Of a stretch of DNA of 64,000 nucleotides, positions 1-8,961 are shown piece by piece. The stretch comes from an uncultured Gammaproteobacteria bacterium (GTDB lineage Bacteria > Patescibacteriota > Patescibacteriia > Magasanikbacterales > UBA922): positions 676 to 64,675 of the forward strand of contig CAYSXR010000004.1 of assembly GCA_964435035.1 (NCBI GenBank). Direction: 5' to 3'. The first letter of the stretch is position 1. The number at the start of each line of letters is the position of its first letter. Below the pieces are notes generated by a model. It was not told the origin of the DNA, ran no database searches, and saw only the letters and a list, made by a program, of their open reading frames with translations. Both the position numbers and the translations under genes were made by a program.

Positions 1-737
1 TCGTCGCCGATCGGCTTCAGCTTGTGCAGCTGATCGCACGGATCATGGTCGGCTATCACCTACATGCCGAGATGATTCTAGCAGGTAAGGCCTCAGTCAG
101 CTCTCGCCCGACGTCCCGCATGGTAGCGGCCGCAGTGCAGCAACTCGCGCCCCCCACATCTGACGGCCTTCGGTGGAGACGTGACGGTTGGGTCTTCCAA
201 ATGATCTCGTGGATTTCGGTGCGTGAAGGCTCACTGACGAGAATCCTCGCGGCCCCGCACATGCGGGAAGGTCGTCACGGTTTTGACGGTCTTTTCCTTG
301 AAGATGTCAACGGCACCGTCACGTTGACTGTTTGCGAGGACAAGGCAACGGACAATTCTCGAGCGACGGTTCAGCAGCAGGTATTTCCCGAATTCGCATC
401 GCTCGAAGCCGGGGAACGCGATGCAGAGCTGCAAGCAGAACTCACCGCTCTTCTTCGACAAACATCGCGTTCTTCAGATCAAATCGCTGCGGCTATTGAT
501 GCCGTGCAATGGGAACAGCAGCGAAGATTCCGAGCGACAGTTACCGCCGAGACCGCAGTAGCGAATCGGCCGGAGGCACTCTACAAGGACTATGACACCG
601 TCGTGATTGGGAGCGTTGAGCGTCGCTCCGGCAACATATTTGTCGAGGACGCGTTGCGACCATGGATGGATAGCTTGTGCGCGGACATTACCGCTGAACT
701 ACAGCGACTACCCGTTCGACCTACAAAGACAACGTAG
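1..737 (+). CDS. HamA-like PD-(D/E)xK nuclease of a Hachiman-like defence system (5' truncated by the window edge)
   Basis: Frame is open from the window start (no stop before the GTG at 24). GFDG...CEDKAT catalytic-type motif. Lies 3 nt upstream of a Ski2-like helicase. High GC. Confidence 0.65.
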   Translation, partial: VADRLQLVQLIARIMVGYHLHAEMILAGKASVSSRPTSRMVAAAVQQLAPPTSDGLRWRRDGWVFQMISWISVREGSLTRILAAPHMREGRHGFDGLFLEDVNGTVTLTVCEDKATDNSRATVQQQVFPEFASLEAGERDAELQAELTALLRQTSRSSDQIAAAIDAVQWEQQRRFRATVTAETAVANRPEALYKDYDTVVIGSVERRSGNIFVEDALRPWMDSLCADITAELQRLPVRPTKTT

Positions 738-740
738 AGT

Positions 741-3700
741 ATGTACGACCCTATTACCCGCGCTCTCATTGCCTCAGCTCCACCCCTCAAAGGGCTTGAA
801 CGAGCGCGCTTGCCCGAGGAATTAGCTCAGGCATACGCGACACTTGTGTCCGCGCGACTTCGCCTTCAGGAAGTACCCGACGATCCCGAGTGGCCTAAGG
901 AGATTGCCCGGGTCCGCCGCTTGGCCAACACCTACGAAACTTACGCGGCGGCGCTTGCCGAGCGAGACGATCAGGAAGCCGCCGCGTTTGTCGCTGCGAC
1001 GGCTCACGGCATCGTTCAGCGTGCCGTCTCGCTCCGTGATCCATCGACTGCAGCAACGGTGCTGGCGAGCAATTTCATCTCGCCAGACATCTCGGCATGC
1101 CTTCTTTTCCTTGCGGCGGGCTATTTTGCTGACGCGCTGGAGGTCGCACGGAGATTCCAGATCCCCAAAGAGGCACGCGAAGTGGACGTGGTGGGCCTGC
1201 AACGTATGATCCAGCATCTCGTTGCGGGTCGTCTTGGTGCAGCCATCAATGCCCGCAGAGAGATGTCCACGGACCGTGCGCAGCGTGATGTTGTTGCACG
1301 GCTGTACCTCGACATTGCAGATGCGGTCGAAGTCCTATGTACTGAGATCCGAGACGGAACGACGCTCGACTCGGTCGCTCGACTGCGCTCAGCTCAGCAG
1401 CGCGCAACGCTTCCGATTCTCGTAGCGGGGCGCGTGCCTGCGACGGTGGCTACTCTAGCGGGACCGCACCATCTTGCGACGCTACTTCTCCAAGCCGCGC
1501 CTTCACTGTTGCGGCGACGTATGTCGATCATCCCAGCGCCACTCGGCACAGGCGCGTCATGGGAGAACTTCAAGGCAAATCTCTCCCATCTGCGCCCGTT
1601 TTTGTGGAGAAGTCACGAGAATGCGGTGGAGTCCGGGTTTCTGAACCCGGGAACATCGGCAGTGCTCAGCTTTCCGACCGGGTCTGGTAAGTCGACGATG
1701 GCGGAGCTCAAGGTCGCGAGCACGCTGTCAACCGACAAGCATATTCTCTACCTCGTGCCGACGCATGCCTTAGTGTCGCAGGTCACGGCAGACCTAAAGC
1801 GCGCGTTCCCCGACACGGGCGTGGCCGACTCCATAGTCTTTGAGGCAGACTACACCGAAGTCGAGGAGCAGCAGGCACAGATTGCCGTCATGACGCCGGA
1901 ACGTGCCTTGACCATCCTGAGTAGCGACCCCGCCACGTTCGACGGAGTCGGCCTCATTGTCATGGACGAGTGTCACCTGTTGCATCCGGGCGAAGAAGAT
2001 CGGCTTCGCCGCAACATCGATGCAATGTTCTGCTTGCTGTCATCGACGGCACACTGCCCGGATGCGGACGTTCTCTTGATGTCCGCAATGATGCAGAACC
2101 ATATGGAACTCGCTGCGTGGCTTGCAGATCTCACCGGCCGTCCATGTCTCGGGCTCAGCACTGATTGGAAGCCAACTCGCCAGATGCGTGGCTGCGTGGT
2201 TTTTGGCTCGGAGGAAGTCGAGGCACTTAACGCTCTGATTGCCCGTGCAAAAGCCGTCAAGACTACGAAAGGACCGCCGGCGGGCTTAGTTCGGTCCCTG
2301 ACCGCTCAGCCTCAGGCCCTATTCGGGCTCAAACAGACATGGTCCCGTGACGCGCTGGACTTCAAGCTCTTACCGTTGCTCAATCGGAAGCTGCAACTGA
2401 AGGCCAACAAGGACTGGTGGCTCACCCCAAATCGGAATGAGGTGTCAGCCGAGCTTGCCACTGAATTTGCAGACCGAGGTCTGCCTGTACTCGTCTTCGC
2501 CGAATCCCCGCGCCTCGCCGATTCTCTTGCAGATGCGATCGCCGAGAAGCGAAACGGAACCGTCGCGCTTCTTGGTGATGAGACTCGTCTCCGTGAGATT
2601 GCAGTTGATGAACTCGGGTCAGACGCTGACCTTCGGGGCCTGACCAACGGATTGGCCGCGTCGCACCACGGGTTGCTGCTGCCAACTGAACGGCGCCTCG
2701 TAGAGAGCGTCTACAAGCGCGGAGATCAGACCATCGCGCTCGTTGGAACCCCAACGCTCGCGCAAGGTGTCAATTTGCCAGCGGAGGTTGTCATTGTGTC
2801 GGGTGACGACCGCTACAACCCGGTAACGAAGAAGTCAACGCCGCTAAACGCCGAGGAACTCCTCAATGCGGTAGCACGAGCGGGGCGACCTGGCTTCGCA
2901 TCCGTTGGAATCGTCCTGGTTGTTCCTGGACGCGTGGTGAGTGTCGACTGGTCGGCAACCACCGTAGGAAAGCGGTGGCTCGACTTGCAGAAGGATGTGT
3001 TCTCAAAGCTCGATCAGTGTCTTGTCATTGATGACCCACTCGAACGAATGCTTGACCTCGTCCAGACCACGCCCAACGCCACAGATGCGCGGTACTTTCT
3101 TAATCGTCTTCCAACTGATGGTTCAACAGTAAAGCAGTTCTTGGCGCGAAGCTTCGGTGCATATCGAGCGAGTCAGGCGATGCAACGCGAGGCCTTCGAC
3201 CGGAAAGCGTTCCATGTTGCGGCGCTCCGAGAAGCTGCTAGCCCAGAGGATGAGTGGGTCGACGCGATCGCGGTGACGTCTGGTGTTGATATTGAGTTTG
3301 CGCGCTCTCTGGCAAGTCAGTTCGAGGACAATCCAGGGTATTGGGACTGCACGACGGTGCAAGAGCTATGTGGGCGGTTCTTTCAATGGCTCCGAGAAGA
3401 CTCAGTCCGAGGACATGCACTGTTCCGAGGTTCTGTCTCGAAAAGCTCTCTGGGCCCGGAAGATATGGAAGACTTGGTCGAAATGTGGATCGGTGGGTCT
3501 ACACTGCGAGAGTTGGAGAGTCGTCTAAGCGACAAAGTCGTTGATGGATGCTGGAAGGCTAGAGAGTTTGTGCTCCGTCGAGTGCCGGATATTTCCTACG
3601 GGCTTGGCGTGGTTGCTCACGCCTACCGCCTGAAGGTAGGCGAAGGGGGCGACATGCCGACCGTTCTGGCTTGTGGGGCCGAGTGTCTCAAGAGGGGGTT

Positions 3701-3863
3701 TTCGTCTCCTGAACAGCTGGCTGTCGCCTATTCTGTTTCTGAAGATCACTCCAGACGTGAGTACGCAGAGATCCTTTCGCGGCTTGAACTTGAACCCGGA
3801 GAGGATCGGGAACCCTTTTCGAAGACGCTGTCTCGTGTACGGAGTGCGCTATCCAACGACTAG
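741..3863 (+). CDS. HamB-like SF2 (Ski2-type) DEAD/DEAH helicase, 1040 aa
   Basis: Walker A PTGSGKST, motif II DECH, motif III SA, HHGLL, TPTLAQGVNLPA, motif VI ARAGRPG, and a long helical N-terminal domain. Confidence 0.8.
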   Translation: MYDPITRALIASAPPLKGLERARLPEELAQAYATLVSARLRLQEVPDDPEWPKEIARVRRLANTYETYAAALAERDDQEAAAFVAATAHGIVQRAVSLRDPSTAATVLASNFISPDISACLLFLAAGYFADALEVARRFQIPKEAREVDVVGLQRMIQHLVAGRLGAAINARREMSTDRAQRDVVARLYLDIADAVEVLCTEIRDGTTLDSVARLRSAQQRATLPILVAGRVPATVATLAGPHHLATLLLQAAPSLLRRRMSIIPAPLGTGASWENFKANLSHLRPFLWRSHENAVESGFLNPGTSAVLSFPTGSGKSTMAELKVASTLSTDKHILYLVPTHALVSQVTADLKRAFPDTGVADSIVFEADYTEVEEQQAQIAVMTPERALTILSSDPATFDGVGLIVMDECHLLHPGEEDRLRRNIDAMFCLLSSTAHCPDADVLLMSAMMQNHMELAAWLADLTGRPCLGLSTDWKPTRQMRGCVVFGSEEVEALNALIARAKAVKTTKGPPAGLVRSLTAQPQALFGLKQTWSRDALDFKLLPLLNRKLQLKANKDWWLTPNRNEVSAELATEFADRGLPVLVFAESPRLADSLADAIAEKRNGTVALLGDETRLREIAVDELGSDADLRGLTNGLAASHHGLLLPTERRLVESVYKRGDQTIALVGTPTLAQGVNLPAEVVIVSGDDRYNPVTKKSTPLNAEELLNAVARAGRPGFASVGIVLVVPGRVVSVDWSATTVGKRWLDLQKDVFSKLDQCLVIDDPLERMLDLVQTTPNATDARYFLNRLPTDGSTVKQFLARSFGAYRASQAMQREAFDRKAFHVAALREAASPEDEWVDAIAVTSGVDIEFARSLASQFEDNPGYWDCTTVQELCGRFFQWLREDSVRGHALFRGSVSKSSLGPEDMEDLVEMWIGGSTLRELESRLSDKVVDGCWKAREFVLRRVPDISYGLGVVAHAYRLKVGEGGDMPTVLACGAECLKRGFSSPEQLAVAYSVSEDHSRREYAEILSRLELEPGEDREPFSKTLSRVRSALSND

Positions 3864-3931
3864 AGCGCCAATCAGCTCGATCGGCCATGTTCAAGCGTCC
3901 ATGCGAAGATCCGGTGCACCGTCTCTAGTCG

Positions 3932-3960
3932 GATGACTCTCAGTTGAGAGTCATCTATTT
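3932..3960 (+). terminator. Hairpin/terminator after the helicase
   Basis: GATGACTCTCA-GT-TGAGAGTCATC perfect 11-bp inverted repeat followed by TATTT. Confidence 0.5.
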
Positions 3961-4098
3961 AGGTTGCTGAGCGCCGCGTGACGGCGCGCGTCGAGGTGAA
4001 CGGAATCAGGACCTCTGATACACTAATCATCATTGATCGTCCGAATCAGCCTTTCGACCCATTCAAGCGTTCGAGAACCCGTCCTGGCGACTCTACAG

Positions 4099-4132
4099 AA
4101 GCACTGCTCTACCAAGAGTGGTGCTTTTATTT
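4099..4132 (+). terminator. Intrinsic terminator-like hairpin at the island boundary
   Basis: AAGCACTGCTCT-ACCA-AGAGTGGTGCTT followed by TTATTT. Confidence 0.45.
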
Positions 4133-4179
4133 GCAAAGAGTGCTCCTTTTTGAAGTTGGAATTTAAGGAAAATATCCAC

Positions 4180-4208
4180 TTGACACTTCCGTCTATATTT
4201 GGTATCCT
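4180..4208 (+). promoter_or_regulatory. Sigma70 promoter of rplJL
   Basis: TTGACA-17 bp-TATCCT with an extended -10 TG. Confidence 0.7.
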
Positions 4209-4216
4209 CTTATCAC

Positions 4217-4340
4217 CATAGACAGTAGCTTCTCGAGAAATATCGAGATTAAATACGCTACCGAGGTAAACCAGTTCCGAATTAGTCGGGACAAAGGTCG
4301 AATTACCGTGTAGTCTGTGGTTCACAAAACCACATTTTTT
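4217..4340 (+). promoter_or_regulatory. Ribosomal protein L10 leader (autogenous control RNA)
   Basis: AGACAGTAGC...TTAAAT..GCTACCGAGG matches the L10_leader pattern directly upstream of rplJ. Ends in a TGTGGTT-CACAA-AACCACA hairpin plus a T-run. Confidence 0.7.
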
Positions 4341-4348
4341 ATTTGTTT

Positions 4349-4870
4349 ATGCCAAAAACTAGAGCACAAAAAGAAGTAGCAATGCAAGCATTGGTTGATA
4401 CCCTCAAGCAGTCGAAGTCTGTTGTGTTCGCCAACTTTCAAGGTTTGAAAGTTTCTGAATCAGAAGAGCTTCGCAGACTTTGTCGCAAAGAAGGTGTTGA
4501 ATACCTTGCTGCAAAGAAGACTTTGGTTGCACGTGCACTCAAAGATGCAGGAATCGAAGGAAATCCAAAATCTTTTGAAGGCGCTGTTTCTGTTGTATTT
4601 GGGATCGAGGATGAGGTTGCTCCCGCTCAGATTCTTGCAAAATTCGCGAAAACACATGAAGCTGTAAAGCTTTTTGGTGGTATTCTCGAAGGTTCATTTA
4701 TTGATAGTACAAAAGTGACTGAACTTTCAAAACTTCCAAGTAAACAGCAGCTTCTCGGTCAATTGGTGGGCACACTTAACGCTCCAATATCTGGATTTGT
4801 TAATGTGCTTGCTGGAAATCTCCGAGGACTGGTTACCGTACTTGGTGCGATTAAAGATGCAAAAGTTTAA
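4349..4870 (+). CDS. rplJ: 50S ribosomal protein L10
   Basis: MPKTRAQKE...ELRRLCR...KKTL...LSKLPSKQQLLGQLVGTLNAPI. The ATG at 4349 is preferred over the TTG at 4343. Confidence 0.97.
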   Translation: MPKTRAQKEVAMQALVDTLKQSKSVVFANFQGLKVSESEELRRLCRKEGVEYLAAKKTLVARALKDAGIEGNPKSFEGAVSVVFGIEDEVAPAQILAKFAKTHEAVKLFGGILEGSFIDSTKVTELSKLPSKQQLLGQLVGTLNAPISGFVNVLAGNLRGLVTVLGAIKDAKV

Positions 4871-4894
4871 TACTAGTTATTAATTAATGTATAT

Positions 4895-5299
4895 ATGTCA
4901 GAAGAAAAAACAGTTGTAGAAGTACCAGCAAAATTTCAGTCTCTCGTAAGTGAGGTTGAAAAAATGTCTGTACTTGATCTCGCTGAACTCGTAAAAGTTC
5001 TCGAGGAAAAATTTGGAGTTTCAGCAGCAGCTCCAGCAATGATGATGGCAGCTCCAGCCGCAGGCGGGGCAGCAGCTGCAGAAGAAAAGACCGACTTCAA
5101 TGTTGAACTTACTGAAGCAGGTGGAAACAAGATTGCTGTAATCAAAGTAGTAAAAGAAATTACTGGTCTTGGACTCGCTGAAGCAAAAGGACTCGTTGAT
5201 GGCGCTCCAAAGGTTATTAAAGAAAAAGTTGCAAAAGCAGATGCTGAAGAAATGAAAAAGAAAATCGAAGAAGCTGGTGGAAAAGTTACCTTAAAATAA
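4895..5299 (+). CDS. rplL: 50S ribosomal protein L7/L12
   Basis: [11 protein letters not shown], Ala hinge, [20 protein letters not shown]. Confidence 0.98.
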   Translation: MSEEKTVVEVPAKFQSLVSEVEKMSVLDLAELVKVLEEKFGVSAAAPAMMMAAPAAGGAAAAEEKTDFNVELTEAGGNKIAVIKVVKEITGLGLAEAKGLVDGAPKVIKEKVAKADAEEMKKKIEEAGGKVTLK

Positions 5300-5314
5300 G
5301 CGCCTGTTACTTCA

Positions 5315-5349
5315 TTAAAAAATCCTCTGTAAATCAGAGGATTTTTTAA
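5315..5349. terminator. Bidirectional intrinsic terminator
   Basis: TTAAAAAATCCTCTG-TAAAT-CAGAGGATTTTTTAA between convergent genes. Confidence 0.85.
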
Positions 5350-5362
5350 TTTTCTAATGTTT

Positions 5363-5458
5363 AAATTATTCTAATTATACTAATTGACCTAAGTGCTTTA
5401 AAATTTATTTTGATTTTTTTTAGAATAATTAGAGTAATTAGAACAATTAGGTTAATTT
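5363..5458. repeat. Family A element: inverted arrays of a 9-bp unit (AATTATTCT-type)
   Basis: AAATTATTCT AATTATACT AATTGACCT AA ... TTAGAATAA TTAGAGTAA TTAGAACAA TTAGGTTAATTT. Confidence 0.85.
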
Positions 5459-7715
5459 ATAATTTAAACTTGTATACCACTGTCCCATCCAACACATACG
5501 CTTCTTTTTCATCTGCACTAATCGTTAGTCCAGTTGGATTGGTCCATTGGTCTGCGGTAAATTGTTTTTTGAAAGTACCTTCTTTATCGAGCATAATTAT
5601 TCGTTTTCGTGAAGGCTCGAGTATATATAGATTTCCAAATTCACTATTTGTTTCGATTAGAGTAGGAGATTCAAGTATTGGATCAAGACCTGAAATTTCA
5701 AATGGCTGTTCCTCTCCTGCAGTGAATTTAATAATTTCTCCTTTTGATGTTGCTACAAAGATATCTCCATCAATTCCAAATGCTGTGCTATTTTTGAGTG
5801 CATTTTGTGTATGGGGCGCCTGTACCCATGTAGTACCATTGTCATATCCAATTTGTGTTGGATTGTGTCGATATAGAGTACCGTTTCCTGTATCCAGTGC
5901 GTAGAGACGTCCATTGTAGAGTGCAATGTCTTTCAGTACTACTGATTGATTTGGGTAGCCGATTGTTTTTGAGATAATACTATCTGAGATGTTGTCGTAT
6001 GCTACAATTGTGTTCGTTCCTGAGATAAATACCACTTGTGAATTATCTTTTGCTGTATATCCTTGTGTGAGCTGGCGTGTAGTCTCAGCATTTTTGGTTT
6101 CTACTGTTCCGGTTAGTGTGGATATGAAATATAATGAAGAATCAGTAATTCCTGTAGCGATTAATTTGTCACCGACTAGTACTAACGAATCAGGTCTTGC
6201 GTTGGTTATCGTATCTTTAATGTCAGCTATCTTTTCAGGTGTGATTGTGGTAATTTTTTGTACCCTAATCAGGAGTTTTGCAAGCTCTGATTTGATTTTA
6301 TCAGCGTGCGATTGTTTTTCTGGAGTTTCGTGTGTGAGTGAATTGAGTAGGTTTTCAGCATCACGTAGAGACTCAAGTGCTTTGGTATTTTCTCCGTAGA
6401 GAAGATAGGACTCAACTTCTTTTTGTTTTTCATCCACCTGCACCATTTCTGCTTGGTACGTTTCTTCTGCAATAATTTCTTTTTGTTTTGCTTTCATGTA
6501 CATGACGCTACCAATAAGTACTGCAATTCCTACGATTAGAGTGAGGAGTAATATTTTTCCAAACATTCCGAGACTAGTAATTCGGTCTACTATTCTTGTG
6601 ATTGATGTCTTGTATTGTTCGATCAAAATTTTTCTGCTTCCATTATAATTACTGATGAGCGACCATAGTATGGTGATGAATTTTCCGAGTGCAAATACCA
6701 CAGTCTTTAATACATAAAAGAGTGCTCGAACAATCCATACGAGCGATTTTCCAAGCATGATTAAAATGGTATTTGCTCCGTCTTCGACTACTCCCTCATC
6801 CCTTTTTCTTTTTTTATAGCGTCCTTGTTTGGTTTCTCTGATAGTCGAAGGTCGGTCGGGAGTATCTTCGGTGTTTCGTTTCATACTACCGGTGATAGAC
6901 TTGGCAAGGTGTGAAAAAACTTTTGGTGATAAGGTTTCTTCAGTTGAGCGTGTGGTGTCGATTAATTTATCCATTGATTCTTCTGAGCCAATAATTGGCC
7001 GATAGAGGTTTTTTTCTACACGTACAGGCTCAATCATCTCTGTCCCGGTGAGGACTAGTCCACCAAATGAGTATTCAGAGGAAATTGCTTCAAGTGTTTT
7101 TTGTACTTGATGAGCGGATTGTTTTGCGGGTTTTCCGATAATCATTTTGGCAATCCGATCGCATGAGAAATATTTGATGATATGTGGTGTTGAAATATAT
7201 ACTGCTTCATCAGTCGTAAAATTTCCTTCAATAACTGAAGAAAAGAAAATATGCTCCGGATATACCACTTCATCGACAATACGAGTGAATGAAGGTCCTT
7301 CAGGGGTGGAATACGCTAGAAGTGCAAGAATATCCCCTCGATATGCAAATGAAAGTTTGTTGCCCGTAATCACTCCAACTGCGATATGGATCTTTCTTTC
7401 TTCGTCTTCAAGCAGTACCTTTGCTCGGCGATTGAGTTTTTCGATAACTGATTCAAAGTGCTTTACTTCAGGATTCTCAGCATTTTTTGTTTCGCCATCA
7501 TAATCGCTATAGTATAGTGCCTCTCCATCGGTTATCAATTCTTCAATTATGCCTAATATTTTTCCTTCAGGATGATCAATTTCTGCGAGCACAAAAAAAT
7601 ATCCCTGATTTTCTCCGTCTGGTTTGCCAGGGGAAGCGATGTGGAGGAGTACGTGGGAAAGGTGACTATTTTTTCCTTCGACAAAAAATTCGTATACTTC
7701 ACTTTTTATAGGCAT
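5457..7715 (-). CDS. Membrane-anchored protein: degenerate PP2C-like N-domain, TM segments, coiled coil, C-terminal beta-propeller (NHL-like)
   Basis: Long ORF (ATG at 7715 preferred). Two hydrophobic segments. C-terminal GIDGDIFV / LYILEPSRKRIIMLDKEG / NPTGLTI propeller-like repeats. Confidence 0.55.
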   Translation of the reverse strand: MPIKSEVYEFFVEGKNSHLSHVLLHIASPGKPDGENQGYFFVLAEIDHPEGKILGIIEELITDGEALYYSDYDGETKNAENPEVKHFESVIEKLNRRAKVLLEDEERKIHIAVGVITGNKLSFAYRGDILALLAYSTPEGPSFTRIVDEVVYPEHIFFSSVIEGNFTTDEAVYISTPHIIKYFSCDRIAKMIIGKPAKQSAHQVQKTLEAISSEYSFGGLVLTGTEMIEPVRVEKNLYRPIIGSEESMDKLIDTTRSTEETLSPKVFSHLAKSITGSMKRNTEDTPDRPSTIRETKQGRYKKRKRDEGVVEDGANTILIMLGKSLVWIVRALFYVLKTVVFALGKFITILWSLISNYNGSRKILIEQYKTSITRIVDRITSLGMFGKILLLTLIVGIAVLIGSVMYMKAKQKEIIAEETYQAEMVQVDEKQKEVESYLLYGENTKALESLRDAENLLNSLTHETPEKQSHADKIKSELAKLLIRVQKITTITPEKIADIKDTITNARPDSLVLVGDKLIATGITDSSLYFISTLTGTVETKNAETTRQLTQGYTAKDNSQVVFISGTNTIVAYDNISDSIISKTIGYPNQSVVLKDIALYNGRLYALDTGNGTLYRHNPTQIGYDNGTTWVQAPHTQNALKNSTAFGIDGDIFVATSKGEIIKFTAGEEQPFEISGLDPILESPTLIETNSEFGNLYILEPSRKRIIMLDKEGTFKKQFTADQWTNPTGLTISADEKEAYVLDGTVVYKFKL

Positions 7716-7814
7716 AGCTTTTGACACGATAATACCTACATAGTATACTACAGACTGTCTATTTCGCAATAACGTATCCCTTTATTTTGCTTATATACAG
7801 ACGTTTTCAATTGT

Positions 7815-8414
7815 ATGCTCGAACACTTATTTGGCTCAAAGACAAGGGTCAAAACTCTTAAATTATTATACCGAAGGCCTGATCGACCTTTTTTTGTTCG
7901 TGAACTTTCTCGTGAAATTGGCGTACAGATCAATGCGGTACGTAGAGAATTAGAGCTTTTACTTAGGCTTGGGATTATTTTGGAGAAAACAGATACTAAG
8001 CCTGCTGATGTGGAGAAGGCAGGGGTTACGCTCCGTAAATATTATCAACTGAATCCTGAATCATTATTGTATGCAGAATTGCAGGCCCTTCTTATTAAAG
8101 AAACAGTTATTGAACAAAAACAGTTTATTGATGACCTTAGTACAAAAATTGGGGATATTAAATTACTTATTTTGACTGGTGCCTTTACTCATGATATCAA
8201 GGTGGAGACGGATTTACTTATTATTGGTACTGTAAAGCTTCGAGCTCTTACAAAACTTATTGAACATTATCAGCATGAGATGGGATTTGATATCCGCTAT
8301 ACGATTATGACTGAAGATGAATTTATTGATCGCAGATATGTGATGGATAAATTTTTATTTTCAATTTTTGAAGCAGAACATGTCAAAGTTATTGATCAGA
8401 TAACACAGAATTAG
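7815..8414 (+). CDS. Winged-helix regulator fused to a nucleotidyltransferase-like domain
   Basis: LFGSKTRVKTL...FVRELSREIG...NAVRRELELL HTH. C-terminal LTGAF...TDLLIIG resembles a pol-beta NTase motif. Confidence 0.65.
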   Translation: MLEHLFGSKTRVKTLKLLYRRPDRPFFVRELSREIGVQINAVRRELELLLRLGIILEKTDTKPADVEKAGVTLRKYYQLNPESLLYAELQALLIKETVIEQKQFIDDLSTKIGDIKLLILTGAFTHDIKVETDLLIIGTVKLRALTKLIEHYQHEMGFDIRYTIMTEDEFIDRRYVMDKFLFSIFEAEHVKVIDQITQN

Positions 8415-8446
8415 GATCGCTAGGGTTGATAAACTATAGAACTTCA

Positions 8447-8553
8447 AAATTATTCTAATTGTACTAATTGACCTAATTATTCTAATAAGAATTAGAAAGT
8501 GGCAGGGTTTTTAATCTGGGATTTTTAGAATAATTAGGGTAATTAGAATAATT
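8447..8553. repeat. Family A element
   Basis: AAATTATTCT AATTGTACT AATTGACCT AATTATTCTAA ... TTAGAATAA TTAGGGTAA TTAGAATAATT. Confidence 0.85.
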
Positions 8554-8565
8554 GTATTTTTGATT

Positions 8566-8955
8566 ATGTACTTGTTTATCGATCCTTCGAAACAAGACTC
8601 AATTCGATTAGTACTTTTTTTACATGACACTTCTCGTGAACATGTATTTGATGTACGAAATAGAGAACTTCTCTCAGTTATTGTTGAAATGCTTGAGCGG
8701 GAACATGTGCCACTTGCACATATTCGAGGAATTGTTGTTCTAGTGGGGGAAGGTAGGTTTTCAAGTACTCGGATTGCTAGTGTAGTTGGAAATACATTAT
8801 CGTATGCACTACATATTCCGGTTGTTGCAACCACTCGAGGTAATGAGCCGACTGGCGCGACTATTGATACCTTCTTTACTGCGTCAGGTATATTATATTA
8901 TATTACACCGACATATAGTGGTGAACCACATATTGGTGTGCGCGGACCTTCCTAG
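8566..8955 (+). CDS. tsaB: Short TsaB-like tRNA threonylcarbamoylation protein
   Basis: LFIDPS start and IVVLVGEGRFSSTRIASVVGNTLSYALHIPV (GPGSFTGxR-like motif). Only the N-terminal half is present. Confidence 0.7.
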   Translation: MYLFIDPSKQDSIRLVLFLHDTSREHVFDVRNRELLSVIVEMLEREHVPLAHIRGIVVLVGEGRFSSTRIASVVGNTLSYALHIPVVATTRGNEPTGATIDTFFTASGILYYITPTYSGEPHIGVRGPS

Positions 8956-8961
8956 AAATTT

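Larger units (their letters stand above)
1..4130. mobile_element. GC-rich foreign segment (end of a defence island, or possibly an assembly chimera)
   Basis: About 60% GC (first 60 nt: 36 G+C) versus about 35-40% downstream, with an abrupt switch near 4100-4170. No integrase in the window. Confidence 0.6.

Noticed and set aside
3978-4325. Short ORFs 3978-4166, 4033-4221 and 4023-4325, and a possible small RNA or tRNA-like att fragment near 4030-4130
   Set aside because: The ORFs cross a terminator, a promoter and the L10 leader and have no recognisable motifs. GTTCGAGAACCCG does not fold into a T-arm/acceptor end.
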